Of a stretch of 64,000 bases of DNA, positions 36,040 through 52,145 are shown piece after piece. The position numbers were made by a program, and so were the translations under genes. The DNA is from Thalia democratica (lineage: Eukaryota): the NCBI GenBank assembly GCA_965202585.1, contig CBDBBG010000051.1:1-64000 (forward strand), given 5' to 3'. Below the pieces are notes generated by a model. It saw only the letters and a program-made list of their open reading frames with translations. It was not told the origin of the DNA and made no database searches. How positions within the stretch are numbered: position 1 is the first letter of the stretch; each line of letters begins with the position of its first letter.

Positions 36040-39000
36040 TGATGCTATAAAAAAATCATCAAGAGGCTTTAAAAACTTGCATCTCAGTCTTTGAAATCTT
36101 TAAAACATCATTGTAAAGTGAACTGAGTAGAAAAAATTTAAAAGAATTCTTTTGAAAATCTTTTGAACTTCTGTAAAATTTTAAAACTTCTAGGTTGTTT
36201 CAAATCCTTTGTCTTTATAAGTTGTAACTGTAGCTTTCTCCTCCATGTTGGGTTTAGGCAATGGATCACACTTTTTTGGATTCTGATTGAAGATTAGTAC
36301 CTACTACAGCAGCTGTTGAGGTTAGTTTGTTTAATAGTTAATCAGGTTGTTTTAATTTGTGCAAAACTTAGTATTTTTTGCTAGGGTTACCAGTCAGACT
36401 ATTGAATATCAAAGTTAAGGATTTTTGGATATTATAATAAAACTTGATATTTTGTCTCAACTTTTTACTTATTAATATTTGAGTCCTTTTGTTACTATTA
36501 AGTTTTTGGAGTGCTCATCCTTGAATAACATAAAGCTTTAGATGTTAATTAAGTTTTGCACAAATTCAGACTAGCACTTTTATTAACAGAATGGTAATCT
36601 TGGTTTGTACCATTAACGTATATTTGTCTTGTTGGGCTTCATTCTCCTAAGATTACTTGGCTACCTCAATAAAAAGCTTAAAGAAGACTCAAAAATAAAT
36701 AAAATCATTAAAAAGTAGCAACATTTGTGTTAAAATTTATGAGCTTGTATAAAGAAGTGTTGTATTCATGAATGAAGCTCAAAGAGACAGTAAGCTAAAT
36801 GTAGAAGTTTATTTACAACATAAAATTCAAGTTAATTAATTTTGATTGTATTAATGTAGTTTATATATTCATAGATTAATGATTTGTAAAAAGAAGTACT
36901 TCTTAAATTGTGCATAAAAGATAAGTAGCAAGAGTAATTATAAAACAAAGTGTTATTAGTTTCATAGATTGTTTTTTTTACAAAAGAAAACAGTTAAACC
37001 ATATCAGGATTAGGTTTGCTAGTAAACAAAATGTTCCAAAATTGTAAGTTTACATTCATATATTTACAAAGCAGTTCACAGCAAGCAAAATTTAAAAGTT
37101 GTTAGTGCATATGTGTATTGGGTTTATTCTTACCTTTGTTTAATTTTTTTATTCTTCTATCACTAACTTCTTTCTCTTCTTTTATCTATCAATAATTTCT
37201 TTTGTTCATATGTTTGCACTAATAAGCTTTTGACAACAACTTGCTGTACTGTTTTTTATGTATATGACAAATTTAAAGACTAAATTTTGGGAATACTATA
37301 AATATTAGTTTAATAGAGCCATGAAGATTTTAAGTGATGTTAAATGCAGAGTATTTAAGATGCAAGTATTTGACAAAATTTAAAATGAACTACATGCTAC
37401 CAAACATATGTTATTGACACAAAGTAGTATGGTTTAACTGTTTTAGTTTGTGACAATGTATAAAAAAGATAAATTGAAATCAGAAAATGTCTTTATTTTA
37501 TATGCACAATTTAAGAAACAGACAATAAGTTGTTTTAATTCAATTGTTAGTACACTAAGCATTCAAAGTTTAAGTCTATTATTAAATATATGAAGTAAAT
37601 TAAAGACTACCAGTTAGTAAATAGTAATGGTAGTAAAAGTGCATGAGAAACCTTTGTAGTTAATAGATTGGTAGATAGTTACTTAACAATTAGCCCAACG
37701 TAACTGTCATGGAAAACTTTAGCTTATGTAAGTTACATGTAAAATGATATCCTGTAGTAGGAACAGTACAAAACTGAAGTTAAACAAAAAAAACAAACAA
37801 TTTTTTACATTATGTTCTTTGACAAAAACATATTTGTTACTGAAATCTAAATAAATTCAACCTGTTTAGTTGAATCTTAAGTGTTTATTTATTTTTGAAT
37901 AACTAAAGTTTTATACTGTTTTGAATAGATTATAAAAGTAAATCAATTTACGTAAGCAAGTTAACTGACTATTGTTTGAATATAAATAGAGTACAGTTCA
38001 ATCATATAAATAGATTTGTGTATGTACACATTTAAAAAATCTGTAGTTTCATATTAATCTTTCTTTTTTTATTTGCTTTATTTTCTGTCATTGAAAAGCA
38101 CACCTATCTATGAGATTGATGAACTGTTTTCTATGTACATGTAAAACATTAGGTAATTAACTAGGATAATGTAATATCTTAAACTATATTCATTTAATTT
38201 AGGCTGTACTAAACCATAACTAAAGAATGCAATTATAACTAAGTCAATACATCTATAAGGTTTATTCTAAGAAGTACGCACCCGCATTAAGTACGCACTA
38301 AATTTTTTTATTTCACATTCCCTGTTACAAGTAAAGGTTATTTTTAAGAAGTACGCATCCACGTAAGGTACGCACTAAATTTTTAAGCCCCCACACCCAT
38401 ATTTTCAAAAATGGGGAATCCCCCAAACCGAAAACATAGTGAGATTTATTGATGGAGATTATTTAAATTTATTTTTTAAGGCATTTCGCCGGCTCCGCCG
38501 GCGAAAAATTTTTCACATTTTTCCTTTTCCCTTTTTCTCCACGGCCTTACTTCTTGAAGGCCACCTTTTTCTGTCAAATGGACCGTGAGTAGCGTAACTG
38601 TCAAACAAATATGTGTTGTATTTGTACGGTCTTTATCTGTTATCTTTTACTAACCTTGAGCTTATATGATCTAATTTATCAATGTATAACCATTAAAGGC
38701 CTGACGGTAATATCGGTTGATAGTTTATTAATTATTGACTGAGTGGTTTTGTATTGGTGAGTTTGAAAAGTAAGTTTTAGGTAGCGGACAAGAATTAAAA
38801 AAAAACAAAGGGCTACGGCCGGTCGATGACACGGTGCTTCGCACCTGTCATCTCTCCGGCCTGCCCTTAGTTTTTTTTTAATTCTTGTCCTTTAGGCCCG
38901 GTTACTCTGCTGGTCGGCACCCCTTTTAGTTATGACTTGGATGTACGAGTAAGTGTGCTAGTACTTCTAAGTCATAACTAAACTTAGTTTTCACTTAAAG

Positions 39001-42000
39001 TTAAGTTATAACAGACTAATTTCAGTAAATATTTACGCCTTAATTTGTATAAATAATTTTTAAAATTACACACTAACAAAATACTGTTTTTGTACAACAT
39101 ACTATTTTCACTCTATCGTTGTATGAAAGATAACAAATAAAGCCTTCTACAAATTACTCATAGGCGTAAGTAGATTACTTACTGAGTTTTAAGCGTTGTC
39201 AGTCTAAAAAGTGATGGGGCAAAATATGCTATTATTATTAGTTAATGTAATACATTGAGTTCTTAACAGTACAAATCATATACTTTTGTAAGTAATGTTG
39301 GCAATATAGTGTGTATGTCACTTATATAGAAACTAAACAAAAGTTTTCAATTTACATAAGTAAATACTTACGTCTTAATTTGTATAAATAATCTTTAAAC
39401 TTATACACTAACAAAATACTGTTTTTGTCCACAATTTTTCAAGTAATTTTGTGTTTTTTATTTTTGTGTATCACAATTATTACGTCATAACCAGTTAGTC
39501 TCATACTGTATAGACTTAATAATCTTTACTAACACTACAGTTGTGTATTTGATTATAGTTTATTTAGTTGTGTTTTAAAATGCTCTAAACTTTCAAGTTA
39601 GCAAGAGCAACTTATTTATTTTATAAATACAGACATTAATAAGATTAGTTATATACAAATAATAAGTATTGGATAAGGTGTATCTTAATTAAACTAATAC
39701 ATGTAAGTCTTAAAGTTTTATTGCTACGTAAAGGTTAAATCAAAATTACAATCAACTCTTAATACTTAATCAGTAAGTATCATCTTGTTAACTATAAATT
39801 TAAAACATTAAACTGTTTCTTTCAAGTAGTAATTGCAATTCAAATAAACATTTCGGTTAACCTTGTTGATGTTTTCAAATAAAGAAGACATTTCGTCTAT
39901 GTAAAATAAAAGGTAAATTTTTTCTCTCAACTGTAGAAATACCTCGGCTTCTGCCTCACATTCTTATTATTATACTTCTTTTTTAATATACTAGTTTTAA
40001 TACAGGTCAACTTTATTCTTGTCATCAAAAATGTACTTCTAACTAAACAATGTCAAGTTCTTTGGGAATTTTATTGTATTTAAAATCTACCTTATAAATC
40101 CTGTATAACTAATTTTATATTTATCTCCACAATAAGAACAGTTAACTAACTTCTTCTGCTATGTTTTTATCGCCGATCTTTTCTCAACATTTTTGAAATT
40201 TCTTATTTCTTTTATGACCAATATAAAGTTCAATACAATTAGGTAACTGTTCTTTAGTTCTGATTTTTTAATTTCTGCAATATCCTTGTTGAAATAAATG
40301 ACTTAATCAATAAGTTATTTAGCATAATATAATAGTTTTATATCAGTACTATTTTATTAAACTTTGGTAGTTTTTTAATTTACCTATTAGTTTTATTATT
40401 AGTGAATTAGTATTTTAACTTTTAGTATAAACTCTTGATATTAATTAATTTTTCGTAAATTCTCGGTTGAATTAATCATTTTATCATCTTGTTGAGATAC
40501 TATTTTATTTTTAGTTTATTTCCTTACTGTTTCTAAGCTTGTAGGATTAGTTCTTAAACATTTTGGTTTGTTTAATTATATTGAAGTTGCTGCAATTATA
40601 TTGAAGTTAAAGCAATTTATTTCGGGGTTTTCCAAACCAATTTCTAAATTTTACCCTTGGCACGACTTAAAAAAATAAACTCCCTTTACTGTTGAATTAC
40701 CCATTTACGTTTTCAATTTCTCACTGTTTTTTGCCCCCTATAAAGGGCGATATTGTCCGCTTAAGAAAAACTCTGATCTAAACAACTTCCATTCCGTTTT
40801 CTATTACTAGCTTTTCCAACGATTGGGGTTTCAGTTTAACGTCATTAAAGTAACTGTAATTTTAATTTTTTATCTGCTACTAAAAATCCAAAAGCAATTA
40901 AATGCACTAATTTGATATTTTATTCTTTTGTAATAATGTTTTAGTCACCAATAATGATTTAAGCGCTTAAAATAGGTCCTAAAAAAGGATGAAGAGTTAT
41001 TTACGCCACGCCAACTCACTTCTACTACTTTGATCTGTTTTGCTATTGTTCTTTAAGCCCCGTCACTCTGTTTGTTGGCACCCTATGACTTGGATGTACG
41101 AGTGAATGTGCTCGTACTTCTTAGCGCAACTAAACTTGATTTTAACAGGGCTGCCACTTTACCTGGAAAAACCTGGAGTTTGACAATTTAGGCAAAAACC
41201 ACTTAAAATAGTATGGAATTTCTAATGGTTTATATGTGTTTAGTAGTAAAATTTTGATTTTACTCAAAACATCTATCATATAAATAGAAAAGTTTTTTCA
41301 TAATAAAACTTTTTATTTGTTAAAAAACATACTTAAAGTAGCTTTACAGTATCTTTTTAATATTTCTATACTACTTAACACAGTTTCTTACCTTAAACTT
41401 AACTTTAAACTAAAAATAGACCCAAAAATGTGTATTTTTAAAATCCTGAAAGAAATTCGAAAAACTTTTTAAAAACGAGTGGCGACCCTGTTTTGATACT
41501 AATATTTAAATCATTGAGTATAACAGACTAATTTCACACCACGTTGTATTTATTGATGACAGATAAAGCTTGTACATGTTACTCATGAGCGTAAGTAGAT
41601 TACTTACTTAATTTTAAGCGTCGTTTGTCTTTAAAAAAAGTGTTTGGGCAAAAAATGCTATAATTGTTAGTTAATGTAATACATTGCATTCTAAAAAGTA
41701 CAAATCATATACTTTTGTAAGTAGTATCTTTGCAATATTGTGTGTAGGATATTTATGTCACTTAGATGGAAACAAAGCTAAATTTTTCCATGTACATTTC
41801 CCGTTTACATAAGTTAATGTTTACGTCTTAATTTGTGGAAATAAATTTTGGCCATCTTTAAAAATTAGACACTAACGAAGTACAGTTTTTGTCCACAATT
41901 TTTCATGTATTTTATTATTTTTATTTATTTATAATCGTTACGTCATAACCCGGTAGTCTTATACAGTTTAAACTTGGTAATTTTTACTAACACTATATTT

Positions 42001-45000
42001 GTATATGTAATATGCATATTATGTTAATAATTAATACAGACACTAACTTATTTAGTAAATTAATTAAACTAGCTCTTAATACTTAATCATTAATTAACAT
42101 CTTGTTGCGCTGGTTTATATGACTATTTCTAGTTTTATGTCACAAACAATATATGTTAATATCTATAAACTTAAAAGATTAAACTGTCTTTTCAAGTAAT
42201 AATTACAGTTCAAATATACATCCCACTTAGAGGCTTTATGAGTTATTGTTTAATGTTATTATTCAGCTGTAGTATATGTTGTGCCATTTAAGTTTTTGGT
42301 CTACAAGGTTGTGTATATCATACATTATTTTTGCTAATGTCTTATCTAATCACAAACTTGCTGTTAAGTCACTTTAAAAGAATTGAATCTTCTTAGTTTG
42401 TATGTTTGAAAGAGCATCAATTTAATATAAATAACTCGGCCGTAACACTGTTCTGTTCATATTTAAAATAACAAAAGAATTTTACCTATTATATAGTTAA
42501 TTCCAATTATTAATAAATATTTTACCTTATGTCTCAAACAATAAACGGTTTTTAAAAAATAAAATCGATATGTATGACCTTATTTTACACTAATATAATG
42601 ACTCTAAACCAAATACTTATAAAACTATGCCAATTAAGTAACCATTTCAATTTCGAGGTCGTATTTTATTTTAATTGTTTAGTTGTTTATAGTGCCATTT
42701 AGTTTTATAAGATTGTATAAATAATGATCTTATTTTCTGTCAATTAGTTTGAAAATTTCCTTAGTTTTACATGTTTTAAAGCTCGTTTACTTGGTTTTAA
42801 CTTTTCTGAATCTATATTTTTTTACTGTACTTTTTTTGAAATTTATATATAAAGAAAGGTTAAAAAACTGTGATGGGGATTTATGTAGCCTTATATTCTT
42901 TAGTTTTAAATCATTTACGGGTCAATCTAAGTCTTACCAACAAAAAACGAATCATGTTTTAGTTAATGTTTCATTAGTTATTACTGTAGAATTACTTGAA
43001 AGTTTGTTTAAAAAAAATTGGTTTTTCATGAGTTTGTTCTAAAGTTTGTTTATAAGTCTAATTCGTTATTATATTCTAAGTTTATTTTTTTCTTGATTTA
43101 ATTCTACTTCGATAAATTTTGGTTTAAAAGTGAGTTTTATAGTATAAAGTGTGTTTTACTCATGGTTTAGCTATATTTTTAGTTAACACTTCATTGTTTT
43201 GTTGGTGTTTCTGTACAATAACTTTACAACTTAAATACCATGGTTTATTTGAAAACTTTTCCACGGGTTCTCTTTAGTTAATAATATTTGTAAATAGTTT
43301 TAGTTCTTTTAGATGCAAGTAATTAAGCATTTTCTCTTAAGCGCAAATAATTTTCAATCAAGTTCAAATTTCTCATGATAAACGTCTTAGTTTGTCCACA
43401 TAAAACTGTATGCATTTAAAAAGTAACGAAATATCTTTTTTTATCCATTTAGTTTAGGTGTTTTAGTTGAAATTCATTTAGTCTTATTACACACTATTAT
43501 AACGTCATCATATAGTCTTATTAAGTATGTTATTTTTCTCTAAATTTTAATAACATATGCTTTAAAGTGTCAAGATGTATTAATGAAGAGCTTCTTTTAA
43601 TGTTTTATCATTCACGTTCTAGTTTTTTCTTAGTTATTGTTATTCGTTTGTTAATTATTACACTTGTTTTTGTTTATTATTAATGATCTGTAGATGATCT
43701 ACTTGGTTGGTTTGATTTTGGATGCAATTAAACGTTAGTATAGTAGAAATCTACGCATGTGTTTATACTTAATTTAAGTGAAGCAGTTGTTTACGGATTT
43801 GATACTGTTTTCCTTTAATTTCACTTCATAACTACAAATAATCCTGCTTTGTACTACCTTATCTACTTAGACTATTTACTCTACATCTAATTTTACTAAA
43901 AAAGTCTGTTTATTACCAATATAAAATTCAATTGAATTCCTAAATCTAGTTTTTAAATGTCTGCATCATACTTGTTTAAACGAATTGCTTACCTTACAAA
44001 GTATTAACTAAAGATTTTAGTTTTAAATGAACCAACTTTTACTAAGCATTCAGCGTTCAATTGACAATGGTATTATGGCAACTCTAGTTCGTAAATTTGC
44101 CCTACTTTTGTCAATATTTACGTTATTCAATCATTTCAATTTGAATAAATATTTTTTTAGCATAGAGCTTTGAGTTAAGATTCATGTCTTATTCGTAATT
44201 AAATATACTTATTCTCAACAAGACTAAAATTAGATTTAATTTCGTATTTTTAGTTGGTATAAAACTGTTTTGTTCGTATTACTGTGATGTTAACTAAAAT
44301 TTTCTTTAACTATGGTTTCTCTTTAATCAATCTAATACAGACATATATATTTTTTGTACTATTCTCCTATTATTTTCAGAACGTACTGATTTTTAAATTA
44401 AAGTTTGCTCTTAGTATTTTATCATTAACTGTCATCTTGTCGCGCTGGTTTATATGACTATTTCCAGATTTATTCTTAAACAACATTTAAGTTAAACTCA
44501 CAGATAATAATTACAGCTCGAATATACTTCCTATTTAAAAGCTTTGTGATTTTTTAGTCTTAGTTTCACGTCCTGTAAAATGTATTAAGTCTTCTACCGC
44601 CAAACATTATATGTGTCTCTAAATTTGAAAATTTAACGATAGCCAACTTAACTTATGTCTTTATTATAATCAAGGCCAGTTCAGAAACCGTTTTAATTTT
44701 GGGGTCTAGTTTAGTTGTTGTTTACAGTAATTTTGATAATTCCATATAGAGCCAAGTTTTTTTTTGTATTTCATACACAATGGTCTTGTCTAAGTTGTAT
44801 TTTTGGAAAATAAATACTACTAAATTTCTAAAAATAAGTACTACATTTTGAGTCTTATGAAATCTAAACTGTTTGGTTTAACAATGCCTCAATATTTTAT
44901 GCATGTTTCAATAACTAAAACAGTTAACTAAATGTTATGTTTTATTGCCCATCTTTTTTTAACGATTCTGACTATTCATACTTCTTCTGTTTATCACCAA

Positions 45001-47077
45001 TATAAAACCAAATGGAATTAGGCAAATGTTTCTTATTTCTCGTTTTAAAGTCTGCAAGTTTTCCAAATGTAACTACTTCGTTGTAGCACTCAATGTAAAC
45101 AATGTAGTTTCTTCTAATTTTATAGGGACGTTTACCATTGGATAAGTATTGACTTAAAGTTAAACAAAACTCAGAATTAGTTCAAAAGTGAGTTTTACTA
45201 ATGATTTATTTTTTCCCTCTCAAAAAAATTAGATAAAATTTTAGTCAATATTTCATTGATGTTACTGTAGAGTTTTTTAGAAGTTTTTTTTGATGTTTGT
45301 ACAGGTTCTTAAATGAATTTTCTAATGTTTATTTGTAAGTCTAATTTGTTATTATACTTTAAATTTATTATTTCTTAATTTGATACTCCTTTGATAAATT
45401 TTGGTTGAAAAAAGGTTCCTGGATTGAAGTGTATGTTTTACTCATGATTTATTTTACCTTAACAAGACTAAAGTCAAATCCAGCTTTATATTTCTAGTTA
45501 ACACTTGATTGTTTTGTTGCAGTAAAATTATTTAAAAGTTTATTTAAAAACAAATCTACGGGTTCTCTTCAGTTAATGATGTTTGTGTATAATCCTAGTT
45601 TGTTGTTACATTGTATTTTTTTGTCAAGTAATTTAGTACTACTTCTAGCCCAAGGTTAATTATATATATTTATATTTAAGGTGTATTTTGTATTTTTTGA
45701 AAATCTTATAGGGTCGTTAAAGGTAGAATAAATATTGATTTATAAATAAAAAAACTCTAGATTAACTAAAATACATGTTTCACTCTTAACGACATTAAAT
45801 TGTATCAAACTTCGTATGTTTAGATAGCTTATGACTGTCAAATTATTTGAAATTTTGTTCAACCTGAAGTAATAGCGTTATTGTTAATTCAGCCCAAAGC
45901 TAATTATATATTGAACATAATTTTATTTTTTTTAACAGACAGGTTTAAACTAAAAGTAAAACTTAATGTTTTATAGTATATATCCTTGGTGTTGTACTAT
46001 GAATGATGCAGTTTTATAGTAGACAACCTTGGTATTATTCTATAAGTAACACAACAGTTTTGCGTTGTAGTTTAGTTTATTAGTATCTATCTAGTATTGT
46101 AATTTAATTATTTTATGGTATTTACTGCTAAGTCTCATAAATAGCAAACAAAGTTTTAGTTAAGTATTTAGTTATACTTTAGATGTTTGTTTATAAAAGT
46201 CAGTAAAAAGTTGTTCATGTCACTTTTTATTTTAATTTCAATTAGATAAACAGTTAATACTACGTATTTTTATAACGTAAATTTCATAAGCAACCACATG
46301 GATTAATTTCACAATAAAAGCAATGTTTTAACGATTCAACAGTTTTAAATAAATATTGTATTTAAATTTGTTAAAATTAATTTGTAATCGATTTTAGATA
46401 TTATATTTTAGTAGCAAATGATAAGACAAGAGTGACTAACTAAAACAATAGCTATTTCAATTACATTATGTTACAGTTCGTCTATTTATAAAAGTTTACA
46501 CCAATAAGTCTTGTTTTCACGTAGACTAAAATTTAATTATATCACTATTTTAGTTTAATTACAATAAAATTTTAACAACTTATAATACTTGTTAAAATTT
46601 AAACTAGCCTTAGCTCTATGTTACCAATCTAAGAAATTGACAATATAGACTACATTAGTAATGTTTAAGTAAGTAGTGAGAGTTAATTTATTTTCATTTT
46701 CTATATTTATACTTATTTTTGGTTTAAAGCTTTTCTTTGGTCTTAAAACAAACATCATATTATACTGTTAGTAAATTATTAAACTTTCCATTTTATTAGT
46801 TATTTTATTGTAATATTTTTTTACCCAAATACTTTTAGATCTTCTTAATCGTTGAAATGACGTAACAATCAAATTATCTGATTTTAATTTTATTTATTCA
46901 CTTCTTTTACTAAAGCACTATATTTTTTTTTCTTATAAACTGTTTAAATTTTATCTTTTTATTAAATCAATTTTTTTAGTTATACATGACAATCAAAACC
47001 TTGTAAAAAACTGATTAATAATAATTTTAATAATAGTAATATATCTACTTAACGTTTTTTAAAGTTCAGACTTATAA

Positions 47078-47957
47078 CTTACTAGTTAATAATGAATTTA
47101 TAACTAAATGAATAAATATTGTCTTGAAGTAACATCGTTTAAGTTCAACATCGTTTAATAAGTTAACTGTCTTTGAAAGGTATAATAGCCTCAAAGTTCG
47201 TAAAAGTTGTATTTATATACTACTTTTTTATTCATCTATGGTACTGTGCTTATTCCAAAAAAAAAATCTTACTAGCTATTAATGAATTTATAACTAAATG
47301 AATAAATATTGTCTTGAAGTAACATTTAATAAGTTAATTGTCTTTGAAAAGTATAAAAAGCCTCAAAGTTCGTAAAAGTTGTATTTATATACTACTTTTT
47401 TATTCATCTATGGTACTGTGCTTATTCCAAAAAAAAATCTTACTAGTTATTAATGAACTTATAACTTAATGAATAAATATTGTCTTGAAGTAACATTTAA
47501 TAAGTTAATTGTCTTTGAAAGGTATAAAAAGCCTCAAAGTTCGTAAAAGTTGTATTTATATACTACTTTTTTATTCATCTATGGTACTGTGCTTATTCCA
47601 AAAAAAAATCTTACTAGTTATTAATGAACTTATAACTTAATGAATAAATATTGTCTTGAAGTAACATTTAATAATTTAATTGTCTTTGAAAGGTATAAAA
47701 AGCCTCAAAGTTCGAAAAAGTTGTATTTATATATTTACTACTTTTTTATTCATCCATGGTACTGTGCTTATTCCACAAAAATAATCTTACTAGTTATTAA
47801 TGAACTTATAACTTAATGAACATTTATTGTCTTGAAGTAACATCGTTTAACAAGTTAACTGTCTTTAAAAGGTATAAAAAGCATCAAAGTTTCTTTAATG
47901 TTGTATTTTTATAATACTTTTATAATCATCCATGGTAATGTGATTATTCTAATAAAG
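47078..47957. repeat. ~171-bp tandem repeat, copy B
   Basis: Same as 19236-20115. Confidence 0.95.
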
Positions 47958-50288
47958 TATTTTCGGTCTTATTGATAACTTTTTATTTTAGGCATAAGCG
48001 CTACAAATATTTATATACAATTTAATAATATAATAAACTAAGTAAGTTATATGCACTTTAATTATCATGAAAAAATAAATAAAAGTGATGCCCAAGAAGA
48101 TGATAAAAGAGAACCTCTATACTTTAACCATGTAAAAACAGAGATGCTTTGTATTTTTGAATACATACATAAGATTGAGCCTATTAATGTGCTGAATTTT
48201 ATTTTAACAGTAGTTTACAATCACAAAAAAAATCAATTGTATTTTTTGAAATGTTCTATTTGTCACTTTATAGTACTGATGGTACTTATTAAAAAAAATT
48301 AAGTATTTAAAAGTAATACATTTAATGAAAATAAAAACAGTTTACCTTGAACAAGAAATATATAATTTTTTTATAATATTTTTAAACGTTCTTCAGTGTA
48401 ATCACTTTAAAATGTTTGAAAGAAACCACAGCTTTATACAGTAAAATATTATACTTTTGTTTTTAGTAGTTTTGAGATAAGTACACTTTATTATAAAGTA
48501 TTTTGTTATAAAACAATGTTTCATTCTACCAGAGATCCTCAGTTTTATATTTTTAAACGATGCTTTTTTTCAAGTGTGTATTGGTTTTAAGAACAACTTA
48601 TAAACACTTAAATCTAAGAAAAAAAAAACTAAGTTAAAAACTTTTGATATGTACTGGCGTTTACATAAATAAATTTTTTGATTTGGTAACATCTAAAAAT
48701 ATATGTTTATTTTTGCTTTGTACAATGTCAAACTGTTTCGAGTAAAGGTTGACAATATAAAATATTAATACCAATAACAGCTTGTTCAAACATATGGTTT
48801 TCTACGATTATTTATGTTAGCATTTTAATGGTTTGTTTTTAGCTAAGAATCTACACTTAAAATAATAAAGTAAGCGACACTTTATTTATCGAAATCATAG
48901 TCACCAAATGATAACATATTTTGTTTTTTTTGGTTAAAACTACAAAACTGTAACCAAAAAGTTAATTCAAGTCTTAGTGATCCTGAAAGTTATATTAATT
49001 TTCACTTGTTCCATTAAGTCAGTTTTAATTAAAAGTTTATAGGTCAGCGTAAACAGCATGTGCTTAACAGTTATGCAATCGATAAATACTTTTCTATTAA
49101 ATGGGTAATTCTATACAACTTTGCGTTGAGAGTTCAACCAAGATTCTTTTATCAATGTGATCGGCTCGCAAAAGACTTTTCTGATGAATCTAACACAAAC
49201 CTAATCGAATAGTTAAACTTCAAGTTAAACGAATTATGAAACACAATCAAGCATCACAAAATATACTAGAAATTTAAATTAAATTACAAGGGAGATTCAT
49301 TCAAATTCTATTAAGCACATTTTTTTGATAAAAATACATACATTACAGTATTTAAAACGGAACATTGCTTATAATTGTTAAGCTTATAACAATGTTGGCT
49401 CAGTAAGAATTTATTATAAAATATCAGCTTTTTTCTTTTAAATGTATTGATAAACTCTAAGTAATAGATCTAACTTAGTTGCTCTAATTTGATGTTTGTC
49501 TTTTACAATGTGTTTCTATTTTGCTTTTACAAATAAAAAGACATACAACAAAAACTAGTTTTAAAACATTATGTTTGACTTTTTTTTTAAAGTTAAAAGC
49601 GACTGTCGTTATTAATCATTAAATTTAGCTTTAGTTTAAGTAGTAATTAACATCAACTTGATCAAAAGTTTTCTTAATAATTTTAAAATTCAGCTTAATG
49701 ATTTTTTTAGTTTTTGTTTTAAAACGTGAGTGAAAACTAATTATTTTTATTTTCTACGTGACATTATTTTCTTATGTCTTTATAAAGTACTAGTCTTTAG
49801 CTAGACAGTTTTTTTATAAGCATAAAAAGAAGTTTCAAAACAAAAATTCATAAAAAAGTAGTTTTGTTTGACCTTTTTAGCTTTCTAACGTAGGTTAAAA
49901 GCGTCTATTGTTATCAAATCTTTCAAAAAAGTCATGATCTAGGAAGTAATTAACATCAACTTAATTAAATATTTTTAAAACAATTTGTTCTGTTTATTAG
50001 TTCTAAAGCTTTAAAAATAATTTTTAAACGTGAAGAAACATTAATTGATTTAATTGTCTACGTGATTTTATTATGCCGTGTTTTTAAAAAATCATACTCT
50101 CATATAGATTGTTTTTGTTTATACGTACTTTTGTATGTGTTGTAAAAATAAAATATATTTTTGAAAACAAACAATTAGTATCCTACTTCTAAAAAAATCG
50201 TTCTATCTATAGAATATAAATTTTAAAATTAATTTAAAGACAATTATTGTTAGAAGAGTAGAAGAAGGATAAAAAATTCAGGAAGTAA

Positions 50289-50777
50289 ACTAATCATTAT
50301 AAATATAAAGTTTAATTGAGACCTCAATTTAAACGAATCATGAGATGCTTTATAATCAAGTATCACAAAATATACTTAAAATTTAATATAAATTACAAAC
50401 GCGATTATTTAAAATTGTATTAAGCATATTTTTTTGATAAAATGATACTAATCATTATATATATAAAGTTTAATTTAGACCTCAAGTTAAACGAACTCTG
50501 AGAAGCTCAATAATCAAACATCACAAAACATATTATAAATTTAAATTACAAACGAGATTCATTAAAAATGCATTAGGCTTTTTTTTTGATAAAAATAAAC
50601 CAATCAATATGAATATAAAGTTTAATTTAGACCTCAAGTTAAACGAATTATGAGATGCTCCATAATCAAGTACACAAAATATACTTCAGACTTAAATTAA
50701 GTTACAAACGAGATTTATTAAAACTGCATTAAGCATATTTTTTGATAAAATAATACTAATCATTATAAATATAAAGA
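50289..50777. repeat. ~155-bp tandem repeat, copy B
   Basis: Same as 22447-22935. Confidence 0.9.
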
Positions 50778-51737
50778 TTTACGTTCTACTCTAGTTTGGC
50801 AAGATAATTTAAACTTGAAAAGTGCTTTATCACCCATTCAAGTTTATTAAAAATATTAAAAAATATAAAAAATTTGTAATTTTTTTTTATTTCTAGACAC
50901 AATTTTATTTCTAATTAATGTATAGTTTTATTTTGATAGACTTGTTCAACGAAACTAATTAACAATTACAAAAACAAATACATTGTACATTGTCGTTTTA
51001 TTTGATGTAAGCATTCAAAATAGTTATTGGTACATGATACTATCTTGGTTAGGTGTGATATAATTAACAAGTTTTATAAAAGAGCTATTAAAAGCAATTA
51101 AACACGTAAATTAAGAAAATAAAACTGTACGCGTAAGATTTCATATTGATTAATGAAACAAAAGACACTCAAGTTTACCATCAAAAGGTCGAGTTTCGAA
51201 CGAAAACTTTGTTCGGTCTTATTCAAAACTATTTTTATTTTCTCACAAAGAAACCATTTATAACATTTTGTTTAAATTTTTGCAATCTATTTTTTAATGA
51301 AGTTCAAGAGAAAACTTCTAAATATGACCAAACACAAACCTTCATACGTTGGTTGTTGAGTTCCTGAAGGAAATGAGCGCTGTGTTGCGAGTTAGAACAC
51401 TGTCATCAAATTTTATATAAGCGCAATTAAATGTAAACACCCATAAGAATTTTTAGTATGTAAATTTCATTAAATGAAAACATTAAATAACTTACAAAAT
51501 GTATATATAATTTGACAAAAGTATTGTTAAAGCTTTATCTTATATTAAATAATTCTACAAGATTGTGAAACATCATTAGTTTTATACCAAAACATAATTT
51601 TAATAAAATTAACTTAGCCTTAAGACTTCACAGTTGTATGGTAAATAGATTTTTTATCAAAATAATTCATTATGGTATTGTTGCGTCATATTTCGCTAGT
51701 CAGAATTATACTCCTGAGGAATGCAGCTTAAACGTGT

Positions 51738-51811
51738 GGCCGGTTAGCTCAGTTGGTTAGAGCGTCGTGCTAATAACGCGAATGTCGCGGGTTCGATCCC
51801 CGTACTGGCCA
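51738..51811 (+). tRNA. tRNA-Ile (AAT), copy B
   Basis: Identical to 23896-23969. Confidence 0.96.
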
Positions 51812-51818
51812 CATTTTT

Positions 51819-51890
51819 TTCTCGTTAGTATAGTGGTGAGTACTCCCGCCTGTCACGCGGGCGACCGGGGTTCGATTCCCCGACGGGAAG
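51819..51890 (+). tRNA. tRNA-Asp (GTC), copy B
   Basis: Identical to 23977-24048. Confidence 0.93.
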
Positions 51891-52071
51891 ATTTCTGCAT
51901 ACTTAGTTTGTTAGAACCGGCATTTTTATCCATTTAGTATTTAATAGTAACAATTATAATATCATAAAGTCTATCAAATATTTTTTTTAATTTATCTAAT
52001 AGTTTTCTAACAAGTGTTATAAGAAAGAACATTTTTAAGTATATAAAGTAATTAATGAGTTATTTGAATAA

Positions 52072-52145
52072 GTCTTCGTGGCGCAATCGGTTAGCGCGTT
52101 CGACTGTTAATCGAAAGGTTGGTGGTTCGAGCCCACACGAGGACG
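52072..52145 (+). tRNA. tRNA-Asn (GTT), copy B
   Basis: Identical to 24230-24303. Confidence 0.93.
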